A stretch of 64,000 bases of DNA from Armatimonadota bacterium (GTDB lineage Bacteria; Armatimonadota; Armatimonadia; Armatimonadales; Capsulimonadaceae): assembly GCA_025353925.1 (NCBI GenBank), contig JANXNV010000093.1, positions 1,786 to 65,785 on the forward strand, written 5' to 3'. The notes under the pieces are model-generated. The model worked only from the letters and a program-made list of their open reading frames with translations. It did not search any database and was not told the origin of the DNA. Of the stretch, positions 56,260 through 64,000 are shown piece after piece. Numbering within the stretch: position 1 is the stretch's first letter; each line of letters opens with the position of its first letter. A program made the position numbers and the translations under genes.

Positions 56260-56799
56260 ATGAAGAGAGTCAAAATTATGCGAAATGAAACCAAACGGCA
56301 AAACTTCAATGTGACACCGGAGCAGGATGCGGCTTTGCTTCGGTTGCGGGATGGGCTGGGAGTATCGAGTGTCAAAGACGCCATTTTGAGGGCGGCACAG
56401 ATTGTGACCGTGCTGGCCCGGCAAACGAGTCACGGAGGAACTTTGTATATTCAGACAGCGACCGGCGAAAATCAGCGGCTTGTGATCCCGGAGTTGGAGG
56501 CTTCTGCAAAGGGAGAATGGTTATTTTTGACTGAGAGGCCGCATCCGTGGCGTCGACAGCTCTTTTTAAAGGGGAAGAAGCTGCCCGCTGCGACGGTTTG
56601 GACGGACTGGCGTATTAACGGTGGGACGGAAGCGGAGATTGCCGCAAGCTGGGATATTCCACTGGCGGCGGCGCAGGAATGCATCCGCTACGGGGAAGCA
56701 AACCAGGATTTGCTGCGGCTGGAGGCGGAAGAAGAGCGTCAGCGACTGAGTGAAGTCGGCATCTCCGTGTTGCCTGACACTTCGAGACGGCACCGATGA
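56260..56799 (+). CDS. DUF433-like antitoxin-type protein with an N-terminal RHH-like extension
   Basis: The C-terminal RRQLFLKGKKLPAATVWTDWRINGGTEAEIAASWDIPLAAAQECIRYGEAN fits the DUF433 pattern. The N-terminal NFNVTPEQDAALLRLRD is RHH-like. An extended -10 TGGTATACT lies at 56235-56243. An alternative ATG is at 56278. Its stop overlaps the next ORF start (ATGA). Confidence 0.6.
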   Translation: MKRVKIMRNETKRQNFNVTPEQDAALLRLRDGLGVSSVKDAILRAAQIVTVLARQTSHGGTLYIQTATGENQRLVIPELEASAKGEWLFLTERPHPWRRQLFLKGKKLPAATVWTDWRINGGTEAEIAASWDIPLAAAQECIRYGEANQDLLRLEAEEERQRLSEVGISVLPDTSRRHR

Positions 56800-57026
56800 A
56801 CTTACGCCTTCTTTTGGATGAGGATACCCAAGCCAACCGGTTAATTCGTCTTCTGCGGGATGCAGGGCATGATGTGGAAACGGCGACTGAAGCGGGCTTG
56901 ACACACAAATCCGACGCGCTAGTTTTGGCGTATGCGAGGCGGAGTGGACGCCTAGTATTGACACGCAATTGTGCCCATTTCCACAAGCTCCATAGGTCAG
57001 GAGACAGATTGGGCCTTCGAAGCTGA
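56796..57026 (+). CDS. DUF5615-family PIN-like protein, probably C-terminally truncated
   Basis: MNLRLLLDEDTQANRLIRLLRDAGHDVETATEAGL...SDALVLAYARRSGRLVLTRN matches the DUF5615 N-terminal pattern. At 76 aa it is shorter than the roughly 110 aa I recall for the family. Confidence 0.55.
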   Translation: MNLRLLLDEDTQANRLIRLLRDAGHDVETATEAGLTHKSDALVLAYARRSGRLVLTRNCAHFHKLHRSGDRLGLRS

Positions 57027-57056
57027 GTTTGTTGTTCTAAATCAATGGTATTGGAT

Positions 57057-59126
57057 TTAGGGATCCACCGTAAACAGCCCCACATTTGCCCAGGGTTCGC
57101 CGGGCAAAGGGCGCAGGGAGGCGGCGGCGTCCTCGATCCCCGTCCGCAGGTCGCGCAGCAGGGGGGACTTGTTGTTTTTGGTGATCGTGATTGCCTCGAC
57201 CGACGGCGGGGCGAGGGCCAGCAGGAGAAGCTGGTCGGTACCCCGGCAGACGAGGGGCAGCCATTCGACCCACACCTCTTCCTGCGAAGCGGACTCGGAG
57301 AGCACCGGCTCGAGGCGCAGAAACGGGGCGGCGGCGGGATCGGGGGCGAAGACGCGCCAATCGAGCGTGACGGAGGGCTTGTCAAAGTCGATCTTCGACT
57401 GGGGCAGCAGGCCCGCCAGCGCGATCAGGGCGGATTGGTGCGCGGCGATCGTGCGCCACGACGCCCGCCGGGACTCCGCCGGGATCGCATGCAGGGCGGC
57501 GAAGGCGTAGCGCAGGTCGGCCATGTCGCGGGTCAGGGCGAACAGGCGAAAGCCTGCCTGGGCGCAGTCGAAGAGTCCGGCGTGCAGGCAGTCCGGATTG
57601 AGCGCGGGGGAGCCGGGGTTCAGCGGCAGAATACGCAGCCAGGCGGCCCATTCGCGGATGGCGACGCGCAGATCGGCATTCGGCGCTTCGGCATCGAGAG
57701 CCAGCAGCGACGTGATCACACCGGCGACGGCCACGGGCGAGTGCTCGTCGAACTCCCCGGCGCGTTCGTCGAGCAGAAACTGGGCCACTTTCCAGGCGGC
57801 TTTAATCCAGACTTCGACATGGGTGGCGGCGTAGGCCAGGACAAACGCCCGGATCGCCTCCGCCCCGTCGAGGGCACAGGGCTGAGGCAGGACTTTGCCG
57901 TCTCCGCTCAGGCCGCGTGTCGCGTGGAAACGGGCACCGCTGTAGAAGCCGGTCTCGTTTTGCTTGAGCATCAGCCACTGGCAGATATTCAGGGCGGACT
58001 GCTTCAGCAGCGGCTCACCTCCGGCGGCATGGAGCAGAAAGAGGTGCCGGGCCAGCCGGGCATTGGCCCGGAGGCCATGGGTCGCGCCGTCGGCATAGTC
58101 GGTGCCCATACCGAGAGTCATTTTGTCCCAGAACGCCCCTTTATTCGGCTCCGCCTGCCCCTCCTGGCCCATGACCTGAAAGTCTGCGCAAATCCCGCCC
58201 GCCCCGAACCGCAGCAGCCTGGGGATTTCCGGGGTCTCGCAGCGCCGGTTCCAATCCGAAAGTGATTTCAGGGCACCGGCCGGCTCGTGCGGGAACCCGG
58301 CGTAGAATGTGCCTTCATCGGCGGCCAGCGGCGACTTCAGATATAGCCGCTCCATGCCCTGCACGGCGTAGGCTTCTGGGGCGGTCAGGCGGCGGACCAC
58401 GGCCTCCGGGTCCAGCGGCAAGAGGACAACAGGCGTGTGAAGCTCCGCACTCGCATGGGCGGCGTACTGTGCGACCAAAGCGGCCCGGGCTTCGGACAGG
58501 GACGCCGCCGCCCCGAAGCCGAGGCAAAAGGCCACCAGCTTGCCGCCGCCCAGGGAAAAGGTCGGCAGGTCGGCCCGGAAGCCGCCGCCTTCCTCCCATC
58601 CGGCCTCGCCGCACTCCGTGGTGAGAGCGACAAAATGCGCACTGTAGCCCGAGCGGGCACAGATGGCCCGGTGCCCGCGTCCGGCCGCCTCCGGGATGGC
58701 CCACACTTCCGCCTGATAAAGGGGAGTCGGCAGGTCGATGCGCAGGGAACCGCTTCGGCGCGGGGTGGTTTTCAGGCGCATTTCGACTTTAAATGTTCCC
58801 TCCGCACCGGCCAGCGGAACCCAGCGCATCTCCCAGCTCAGAACGCCGCCCTCGGTGCCCAGCTTGCGCTCGCCGCCGAACCCGAGGATGCCGCCGCGTT
58901 TCTGCTCATGCCAGTCGATGGTAAGCGGGAATGCTTCCCCTTTGATCGTCACCGTCGCCAGAGGCCGCAGGGGTCCGGTTTCCAGCAGGGGGGCGACCAG
59001 TTTGGCTCCGCCGCGACCGCGTGTCGAGATCGCGAGCTGCCACGTCTGCCGCAGTCCAGCGGTGGGGGTCAGGGTCGCCCAGAGACCGTTTTTGCGGCCC
59101 ATTTTGTAGAGTACGGGTTCGGTCAT
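57057..59126 (-). CDS. Large cytoplasmic hypothetical protein (689 aa), with a possible alpha/alpha-toroid central domain
   Basis: A long ORF with consistent GC3 and no signal peptide. No catalytic motif was recognised. The central helical region (ALNICQWLMLKQNETGFY...AIRAFVLAYAATH...) loosely resembles (alpha/alpha)6 enzymes. Confidence 0.6.
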   Translation of the reverse strand: MTEPVLYKMGRKNGLWATLTPTAGLRQTWQLAISTRGRGGAKLVAPLLETGPLRPLATVTIKGEAFPLTIDWHEQKRGGILGFGGERKLGTEGGVLSWEMRWVPLAGAEGTFKVEMRLKTTPRRSGSLRIDLPTPLYQAEVWAIPEAAGRGHRAICARSGYSAHFVALTTECGEAGWEEGGGFRADLPTFSLGGGKLVAFCLGFGAAASLSEARAALVAQYAAHASAELHTPVVLLPLDPEAVVRRLTAPEAYAVQGMERLYLKSPLAADEGTFYAGFPHEPAGALKSLSDWNRRCETPEIPRLLRFGAGGICADFQVMGQEGQAEPNKGAFWDKMTLGMGTDYADGATHGLRANARLARHLFLLHAAGGEPLLKQSALNICQWLMLKQNETGFYSGARFHATRGLSGDGKVLPQPCALDGAEAIRAFVLAYAATHVEVWIKAAWKVAQFLLDERAGEFDEHSPVAVAGVITSLLALDAEAPNADLRVAIREWAAWLRILPLNPGSPALNPDCLHAGLFDCAQAGFRLFALTRDMADLRYAFAALHAIPAESRRASWRTIAAHQSALIALAGLLPQSKIDFDKPSVTLDWRVFAPDPAAAPFLRLEPVLSESASQEEVWVEWLPLVCRGTDQLLLLALAPPSVEAITITKNNKSPLLRDLRTGIEDAAASLRPLPGEPWANVGLFTVDP

Positions 59127-59182
59127 AAGAGTTGTAATGTGCGAGGGTCAGGGCCACGAGGCCAGTATGACGACAGAATAAG

Positions 59183-59410
59183 ACGTGGACGTTGGAAGCG
59201 TGGATAGAAAAGACGTGGGAGTAAACTCCACCGCTGTGGGGCGCAGACGCCTAGTTTCGACCTGCGTCGAAAAGGAGTGAAGACAGGAGAGACAGATCTT
59301 GTCCCGGCGCAGGCCGCGACTGGGCGTTTCGCCCCACAGCGGTGGAGTTTACTCCCACGTCTTTTCTATCCACGCTCTTCATGCCCATGCTCTGCACGCC
59401 ACGCTCCAAT
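59183..59410. repeat. Family-A composite element (inverted 15-mer arrays flanking a REP pair)
   Basis: The core at 59215-59358 is gtgggagtaaactccaccgctgtggggcgcagacgcc ... ggcgtttcgccccacagcggtggagtttactcccac. Degenerate 15-mers (aagcgtggatagaaa / tttctatccacgctc) lie on both flanks in inverted orientation. Confidence 0.85.
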
Positions 59411-59430
59411 CCGGTCGGCCTCAGCGAATC

Positions 59431-60282
59431 TTACGCCGCCGCGGAAGCATACGATTCGATTTCCAGACGTTTGAACATCAGGGCGTCCTGCAGCTCGATC
59501 AGGGCGGGTTCATTCAGGCTGAAATGCTCCAGCAGCGAGGGCGCGACGGCCCGGGGCTGGTAATCGCCGCCGCAGCCGATATTCGCCCGGTGCGCCAGCA
59601 GGTTCGCGAGATTGACAATCCCTGCCAGGTCCATCGAAGTCTGGGCGCGGGTCGGGAAATGGTGATGCTCCACCGCCTCCACGATCGGAGCGGGCAGACC
59701 CCAGCGGGAGAGCACCCAGGCCCCCAGAGCCGGATGTGCCAGGCCGAGGACGAGCTTTTCAGCCTCGTACATGGTGGTCTGGTCGGCGTAGACGATCTCG
59801 ACAATTTCGGCCATTCCCTGCGGAACGTAGCGGGCCATGATGATCTTGCCGATGTCGTGCAGCAGGGCGGCGGTGAACGCTTTTTCCGCATGCGGGTACC
59901 GTGCCCGCTTGGCGATCAGGCGGGCGGCGGTTGCCGTGGTGATCGAGTGCTGCCAGAGTGCGGGCAGGTCGAAGCCGGTCGCGCTGATGCGGAACATATC
60001 GAAGACGGCGGCGGCCAGCAAGGTGTTCTTGAGAGTTGCGAAGCCGAGCAGAGTCACCGCCTGCGGAATGTTGCTGATCTTCTGCCGGAAACCATAGTAG
60101 GAAGAGTTGGCGAGCTTCAGCACTTTGGACGCCATGGCGGGATCGGCCTGAATGATCTTGGCCAAATCCGACGACGAGCAAAAGGGATCCTCGATCATCT
60201 GCATCACGCGCAGCACACTGGTCGGCAGAGTCGGGACCTCGGTGATTTGGGACAGCAGGCTTTCCAGATGCGGATTTTTCAT
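59431..60282 (-). CDS. HDOD-domain signalling protein
   Basis: ATG at 60282. The typical HDOD pattern is PTLPTSVLRVMQMIEDP..SSSDLAKIIQADPAMASKVLKLANSSYYG....I.NIPQAVTLLG, and later HDIGK. Confidence 0.85.
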   Translation of the reverse strand: MKNPHLESLLSQITEVPTLPTSVLRVMQMIEDPFCSSSDLAKIIQADPAMASKVLKLANSSYYGFRQKISNIPQAVTLLGFATLKNTLLAAAVFDMFRISATGFDLPALWQHSITTATAARLIAKRARYPHAEKAFTAALLHDIGKIIMARYVPQGMAEIVEIVYADQTTMYEAEKLVLGLAHPALGAWVLSRWGLPAPIVEAVEHHHFPTRAQTSMDLAGIVNLANLLAHRANIGCGGDYQPRAVAPSLLEHFSLNEPALIELQDALMFKRLEIESYASAAA

Positions 60283-60597
60283 AAGTGTCTCTTTACAAGC
60301 AGTGCGGACGGGCAAGAAAAATATGGGCAGGCAAAAATTGGGTGGTACACAGATTGTCGGCTTGGAGATATTTCCGCCACACGACAAAAATACTGGGGAT
60401 TCTTGGGCTTCTGCACGCTCTCAGGCGCAAAATTGTCGTAAATTTCATGGGAAATGTGAAGAAAGACACAAATCGACCATACGAAATGGGCTATACTGTG
60501 CGTGCAGTCCAAAGTGGAGCCGCGTTTTAACGCTGTTTTAACGCAGCGCGGCTATACTCAAATCAATTACAAGAGAAGCAGTAATCAATGGAGATTC

Positions 60598-60873
60598 ATG
60601 ATGATCGAGACACTCGATAAAGCAGCCGAAGAGAAGACGCTCGAGACCCAAACCAATCCGCTTGAAACACCCAGTACGACGCAGGTGGACAACCGGGTCA
60701 TCGCGCAGATCAATGCCGGGACGCTTCGCTATGCGAAGGCCAGCCCCACGACCTTCCCGCTTCGGACTTACCGGCCCCGCCGATTGGACTGGTATGAGAT
60801 CGGCGTGATCCTGCTTGCAGTGTCCTCCGCCGCGATCTGCTCAGGGCGTCTGCTCTGGGCGATTCAGCCGTAA
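60598..60873 (+). CDS. Small C-terminally TM-anchored protein, function unknown
   Basis: ATG at 60598 in track ORF 60502..60873. High GC3, a C-terminal helix IGVILLAVSSAAICSGRLLWAI, and a terminator follows. Confidence 0.55.
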   Translation: MMIETLDKAAEEKTLETQTNPLETPSTTQVDNRVIAQINAGTLRYAKASPTTFPLRTYRPRRLDWYEIGVILLAVSSAAICSGRLLWAIQP

Positions 60874-60897
60874 GTTTCACCCCCTGTCCCCAGACAC

Positions 60898-60942
60898 AAA
60901 AACGCCGCCGGAACACTCTGTTCCAGCGGCGTTTTTGTTTTT
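60898..60942. terminator. Bidirectional hairpin terminator between convergent genes
   Basis: Stem acgccgccggaac / gttccagcggcgt (1 mismatch), flanked by an A-run upstream and a T-run downstream. Confidence 0.7.
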
Positions 60943-60957
60943 CGCGTTAGGGCCGCT

Positions 60958-62037
60958 TCAGTGCGCCGTCGCCTGGGCGACATCCGTACCGCACATCTGA
61001 CGGTAGAGGGCGGCGATTTTGGCGACGTAGCGGCGGGTCTCTCGGTAAGGGGGGACGCCATGGTATTTATGCACGGCTCCCGGCCCGGCATTGTAGGCAG
61101 CCATGGTCAGCAGAATGCGATTGACGGGGATGATGCCCGCGCCGGCGGGCGCACCGCCGTATTTCTCGAGGTGACCGCGCAGGATATGCACCGCCGCACC
61201 GATGTTCTGGATCGGGTCGTAGGGGTTCGTGACCCCCAGCGACTGGGCTTCATCAGGCATGATCTGCGCCAGCCCCATCGCCCCGGCGTGGGAGGTGGAG
61301 TGGATGTCGAAATCGGATTCGGCGATGATGGTGGCGACTACCAGACGCGGGTCGATGTCGTTTCGATCGCTGAAGTAGAGGATACTGGTCGTGATCTTGT
61401 CGACATCGGTCTCCGAAAGGCGGCGGTTCCAGCGGCGGACCAAAGCGCGGTAGGGGCCGTAGACCGCCAGGGCACGCGCAGGCAAGGCCCCGGCGGGATG
61501 CCCGATGCTCGCGGGATCGTCGGCGTAGCGGACGACGGCGTAGCGTTTCGAATGCCGCCGGGAAGCGGGGCTGGGGGAAAGCCGGGCCGCCACCGTCGCC
61601 TGCCGGGCCGCCTCGGCCTTCTCCGCCGCCACAATATCTCCCTCCGGGGCTGCTGCCAGCAGGCGAACGCTCGACGGCAGGGAAGCATCGTCGGGCGCGA
61701 CTTGCAGCAGAACGCGCACCCGTGCCCCGGAAGTGATCCATTCCTCCCCGTGAAATTTGACCGGCAGGGGAACGGAGACGGACTGCCCGCCCACCGACAG
61801 AAGGGCCGTGCGCTCGTCCCCGGAGGAGACCAGTCCGCTGACAGTCACGGCGAGATCTACCGTCCGCCCCGCGTAGCTGCCGGGATGCGACACGACATCG
61901 CCAAACGCCGCCGCGGTCAGCAGCGGCGACGCGGCGGCATGACGCGCCGCTAGATACGCCGAAACGGGGTCAGCGTGTCCAGGGCCGGTCAGAAGCGCGG
62001 CCAGTAAGCAGGAAATTAGCGCGAGTCGAAATCTCAT
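60958..62037 (-). CDS. Secreted lytic transglycosylase (SLT domain) protein
   Basis: Signal peptide MRFRLALISCLLAALLTGPGHA. The C-terminal SLT motifs are IIAESDF, GAMGLAQIMP and AAYNAGPGAVHKY. Confidence 0.85.
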   Translation of the reverse strand: MRFRLALISCLLAALLTGPGHADPVSAYLAARHAAASPLLTAAAFGDVVSHPGSYAGRTVDLAVTVSGLVSSGDERTALLSVGGQSVSVPLPVKFHGEEWITSGARVRVLLQVAPDDASLPSSVRLLAAAPEGDIVAAEKAEAARQATVAARLSPSPASRRHSKRYAVVRYADDPASIGHPAGALPARALAVYGPYRALVRRWNRRLSETDVDKITTSILYFSDRNDIDPRLVVATIIAESDFDIHSTSHAGAMGLAQIMPDEAQSLGVTNPYDPIQNIGAAVHILRGHLEKYGGAPAGAGIIPVNRILLTMAAYNAGPGAVHKYHGVPPYRETRRYVAKIAALYRQMCGTDVAQATAH

Positions 62038-62051
62038 AGGCGGGTTTCTTT

Positions 62052-62080
62052 ATAGTATCATAGTCGGCGTGTTCTGTCAA
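62052..62080 (-). promoter_or_regulatory. Sigma70-type promoter for the lytic transglycosylase gene
   Basis: The minus strand reads TTGACA (62080-62075), 17-nt spacer, TACTAT (62057-62052). The ATG is 14 nt downstream of the -10, which implies a very short leader. Confidence 0.55.
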
Positions 62081-62144
62081 GAACCGGAGACGGAGTATTT
62101 TTATTGATTGATTGACGTCACGCAGGAGGACTGGAGAAAGTCAA

Positions 62145-62312
62145 GACGTGGAACTGAAGTTCACCGCTGTGGGGCGAAACGCCCAGCTTCGACCGGCGTC
62201 GAAAAAGAGGTTAGGACAGCAGAAAGCGGTCTTATCTTGGCTTGCTCACTCTTGTCCCGGCGCAGGCCGCGACTGGGCGTTTCGCCCCACAGCGGTGGAT
62301 TTCAATCCCACG
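62145..62312. repeat. Family-A composite element copy
   Basis: gacgtggaactgaagttcaccgctgtggggcgaaacgccc ... gggcgtttcgccccacagcggtggatttcaatcccacgcg has the same internal modules (ttcgac..gtcgaaaa; cttgtcccggcgcaggccgcgac) as 59215-59358. Confidence 0.85.
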
Positions 62313-62377
62313 CGCTTCCTCTGCCCGCATGGAATGAACTTTGCGTCACATCAGTGATTGACTCACAAAAATAGTGC

Positions 62378-62406
62378 TTGACATTACGCAGCATTCGTGA
62401 TAGGAT
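62378..62406 (+). promoter_or_regulatory. Sigma70-type promoter for the 62460 gene
   Basis: TTGACA (62378-62383), 17-nt spacer, TAGGAT (62401-62406). Confidence 0.5.
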
Positions 62407-62459
62407 GTGTTAGTGCTGAACGCCTGGCACTTTCCCCTTTCCCCCGCTAGAGGAAACTC

Positions 62460-64000
62460 ATGTCCCTTCGTCTTGCCGCTCTTTCGTCTTGCCGCTCTTT
62501 CGTCGCTTTGTGCAGCCTAACAGCCGCCAGCCTCTGTGTCGCCCCTCTCGCCGCCCAAAACCAAATACACGGCAAATATACCGTCACCTACAGCGGAGGA
62601 ACCATCGCTACCAGTAATACTGCTGCTACTTCGTTCACCCCAGGAACCGGCCAGTACTACGGCGGAGCATCCGTTGCATGCAGCACCGACAGTTCCGGCA
62701 ATGCGTCTTCGTGCTTCGTCAAGATCCCAGACCCCGCCGCTAGTCCCCCTCGCCCCATCGTCGCAACCTTTACCTGGGTGGCAGATGCCGCAAATCCATC
62801 CGAGCCACCCCCTGCCGCCGCCGTTGTAACCCAAGACTGCGCCGCTTCTTCGTACATCAACTATTCCAATGGCAGCGCAACAGGCAGTGGCACCCTGGAC
62901 AACGGGTCAGGCGGATCGGTCGTCACCAACGGTCCTCATGCAGACTGCATAAGCAAGAAGTACAGTGGATGGAGCACTCCCGATCCGGCGCATCCTGCCG
63001 CCAGCTTTAGTGTGGTATGCGATCCGAAAGTAACCTTCACGGGAGTAAGTGGTGCCGTGATCCACTCCTCATTCTCTGTCAGCGCGAGTGTCAGCTACAA
63101 AGCTGCCGCCGACCCTGTACTCATTGATCTTACCGGCACGATGATTGATCCAGCGGATAAAGTCCGCAAAGCGTTGACGGGTCAGCAGATTGGGGGCAGC
63201 CTCAGCCCGCTCCCTACCGGCTGGTCTGTTCCTACGCGTACCTGGTCCGCTACCGTTGCGCCCGTTCCCCCGGCGACGGCGTCAACAGGTGCTGGTATTT
63301 TCAAGACTTACGATCCCAATCTGACCAGCAATCAGCTTGTGCCGCTTTCAACCGCAGACTTGGCCGGGGCGAGTTTCAGCTTTTATGACAAGACACAGGA
63401 AACGATTACCCTCACCTGCAACGCTACTTTGGTCACACCAGATGGGACAAATCTTGCGGTTACGGCAAAGTCAGTGCCGATTGCGGTGCTCAAGCCGAGT
63501 GTGACAAAATGGGGTATCGCTACGGGCTACGTGGATAATTATCGACTTTCTCGCTGGGGTTTGGGTCCTGATCCTGCCACAACTAACCCAGAAGGTGAGA
63601 GTTGGAGTAACATTACAATTGCTGTCCCAGCACCGTTTAGCGGCGGTCAAGGTACCCTGACACAACTTATCACCCCTGATCGAGAGGTATATAACAAGAC
63701 AGGCCCATCACCCCTGCCAATTAATAATGACCCACTGAACAATAAGCAGGGACTGGATGGTTCCTTCAACTATGGACCTGCTTGGATAGTACCTGCCCTC
63801 GGCAGTGATGGCGATAGCCCTGGCCTGATAATACCACTCGGCAATCCTGGAGGCACTGTTATAAAGCTGACGGCAGCCGACAGCTTTATAACCTGGGTAA
63901 TGTACCGCCCTAGTGCTATAAGCAGTCAAGGAACGGTCTGGATTCCGCTTGCAAATTATTCTTGGGCGTGGTCAGACACTGTTTCTTGGGTTACTGATCA
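62460..64000 (+). CDS. Large secreted protein, 3'-partial (runs off the window); not in the supplied ORF track
   Basis: My manual translation from ATG 62460 found no stop to nt 64000 (over 510 codons). The signal peptide is MSLRLAALSSCRSFVALCSLTAASLCVAPLAAQ. It is a Ser/Thr/Ala/Pro-rich, beta-rich sequence, and no motif was recognised. Confidence 0.7.
   Translation, partial: MSLRLAALSSCRSFVALCSLTAASLCVAPLAAQNQIHGKYTVTYSGGTIATSNTAATSFTPGTGQYYGGASVACSTDSSGNASSCFVKIPDPAASPPRPIVATFTWVADAANPSEPPPAAAVVTQDCAASSYINYSNGSATGSGTLDNGSGGSVVTNGPHADCISKKYSGWSTPDPAHPAASFSVVCDPKVTFTGVSGAVIHSSFSVSASVSYKAAADPVLIDLTGTMIDPADKVRKALTGQQIGGSLSPLPTGWSVPTRTWSATVAPVPPATASTGAGIFKTYDPNLTSNQLVPLSTADLAGASFSFYDKTQETITLTCNATLVTPDGTNLAVTAKSVPIAVLKPSVTKWGIATGYVDNYRLSRWGLGPDPATTNPEGESWSNITIAVPAPFSGGQGTLTQLITPDREVYNKTGPSPLPINNDPLNNKQGLDGSFNYGPAWIVPALGSDGDSPGLIIPLGNPGGTVIKLTAADSFITWVMYRPSAISSQGTVWIPLANYSWAWSDTVSWVTD

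Noticed and set aside
60488-60557. Duplicated ggctatact motifs and gttttaacgc direct repeats upstream of the 60598 ORF, as a possible small RNA or attenuator
   Set aside because: There are only two short repeats and a weak hairpin (gccgcg...cgcggc), with no convincing terminator or conserved structure that I can defend from sequence alone.

Overview
High-GC (visually about 60% or more) bacterial chromosomal segment, densely coding and mostly housekeeping. From left to right:
- **1-5721:** the distal part of a type IV pilus assembly cluster (PilN/O/P-like genes, two small secretin-N-domain paralogues, PilQ secretin).
- **5818-8791:** aroC-aroK-aroB, which matches the classical pilQ-aroK-aroB synteny.
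- **8805-12990:** a DUF1326-like protein, a PASTA/Fn3 Ser/Thr-kinase-like protein with degenerate catalytic motifs, and rpe.
- **13001-17051:** a riboflavin operon (ribD-ribE-[toxin-antitoxin pair]-ribBA-ribH).
- **17108-21170:** HtrA, a GAF histidine kinase and an SMP-30-like protein.
- **21179-25441:** a DUF58-transglutaminase-MoxR operon.
- **25480-31590:** an LMW phosphatase, a lone circularly permuted ATP-grasp gene, an orphan Phd antitoxin, a large secreted Ig/stalk-domain protein and a zinc-ribbon membrane protein.
- **31600-37393:** a cell-envelope block (uppP, wecB, GT4 transferase, PD40 propeller) and glyA.
- **37931-38676:** a roughly 0.7 kb low-GC islet.
- **38677-42371:** a GAF-SpoIIE phosphatase and ychF.
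- **42508-43355:** a REP-associated tyrosine transposase (RAYT) flanked by its repeats.
- **43379-52396:** a secreted glycosidase-like protein, a PAS-only protein, tRNA-Ser(GCU), a PAP2 phosphatase, an ankyrin protein and a sulfotransferase-like/class IV aminotransferase pair.
- **52449-57026:** a serine hydrolase, a cyclase-STAND-TPR protein plus a small unknown protein, and a DUF433/DUF5615 pair.
- **57057-64000:** a 689-aa orphan protein, an HDOD protein, a lytic transglycosylase, and a 3'-open secreted-protein ORF that the supplied ORF track does not list.

I found no CRISPR array, rRNA, prophage, integrase or recognisable canonical defence operon.

The features that ordinary annotation does not explain are:
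- At least four families of palindromic intergenic repeats. One is a composite element built from inverted arrays of 15-nt units around a REP pair, and copies of it bracket the RAYT gene.
- A perfect roughly 65-bp inverted repeat at 40779-41002.
- G/S/Q/F-rich low-complexity tracts in every pilus-cluster protein, together with two genes that duplicate pieces of the PilQ N-terminus.
- Two frame-setting simple-sequence tracts at gene 5' ends (a G9 run at 50138-50146 and a 16-bp tandem duplication at 62468-62499).
- A perfect 18-bp x4.6 tandem repeat beside the ATP-grasp gene.

All functional calls rest on motif and architecture recognition by eye. No database search was possible, and I cannot point to one clear-cut novel system.
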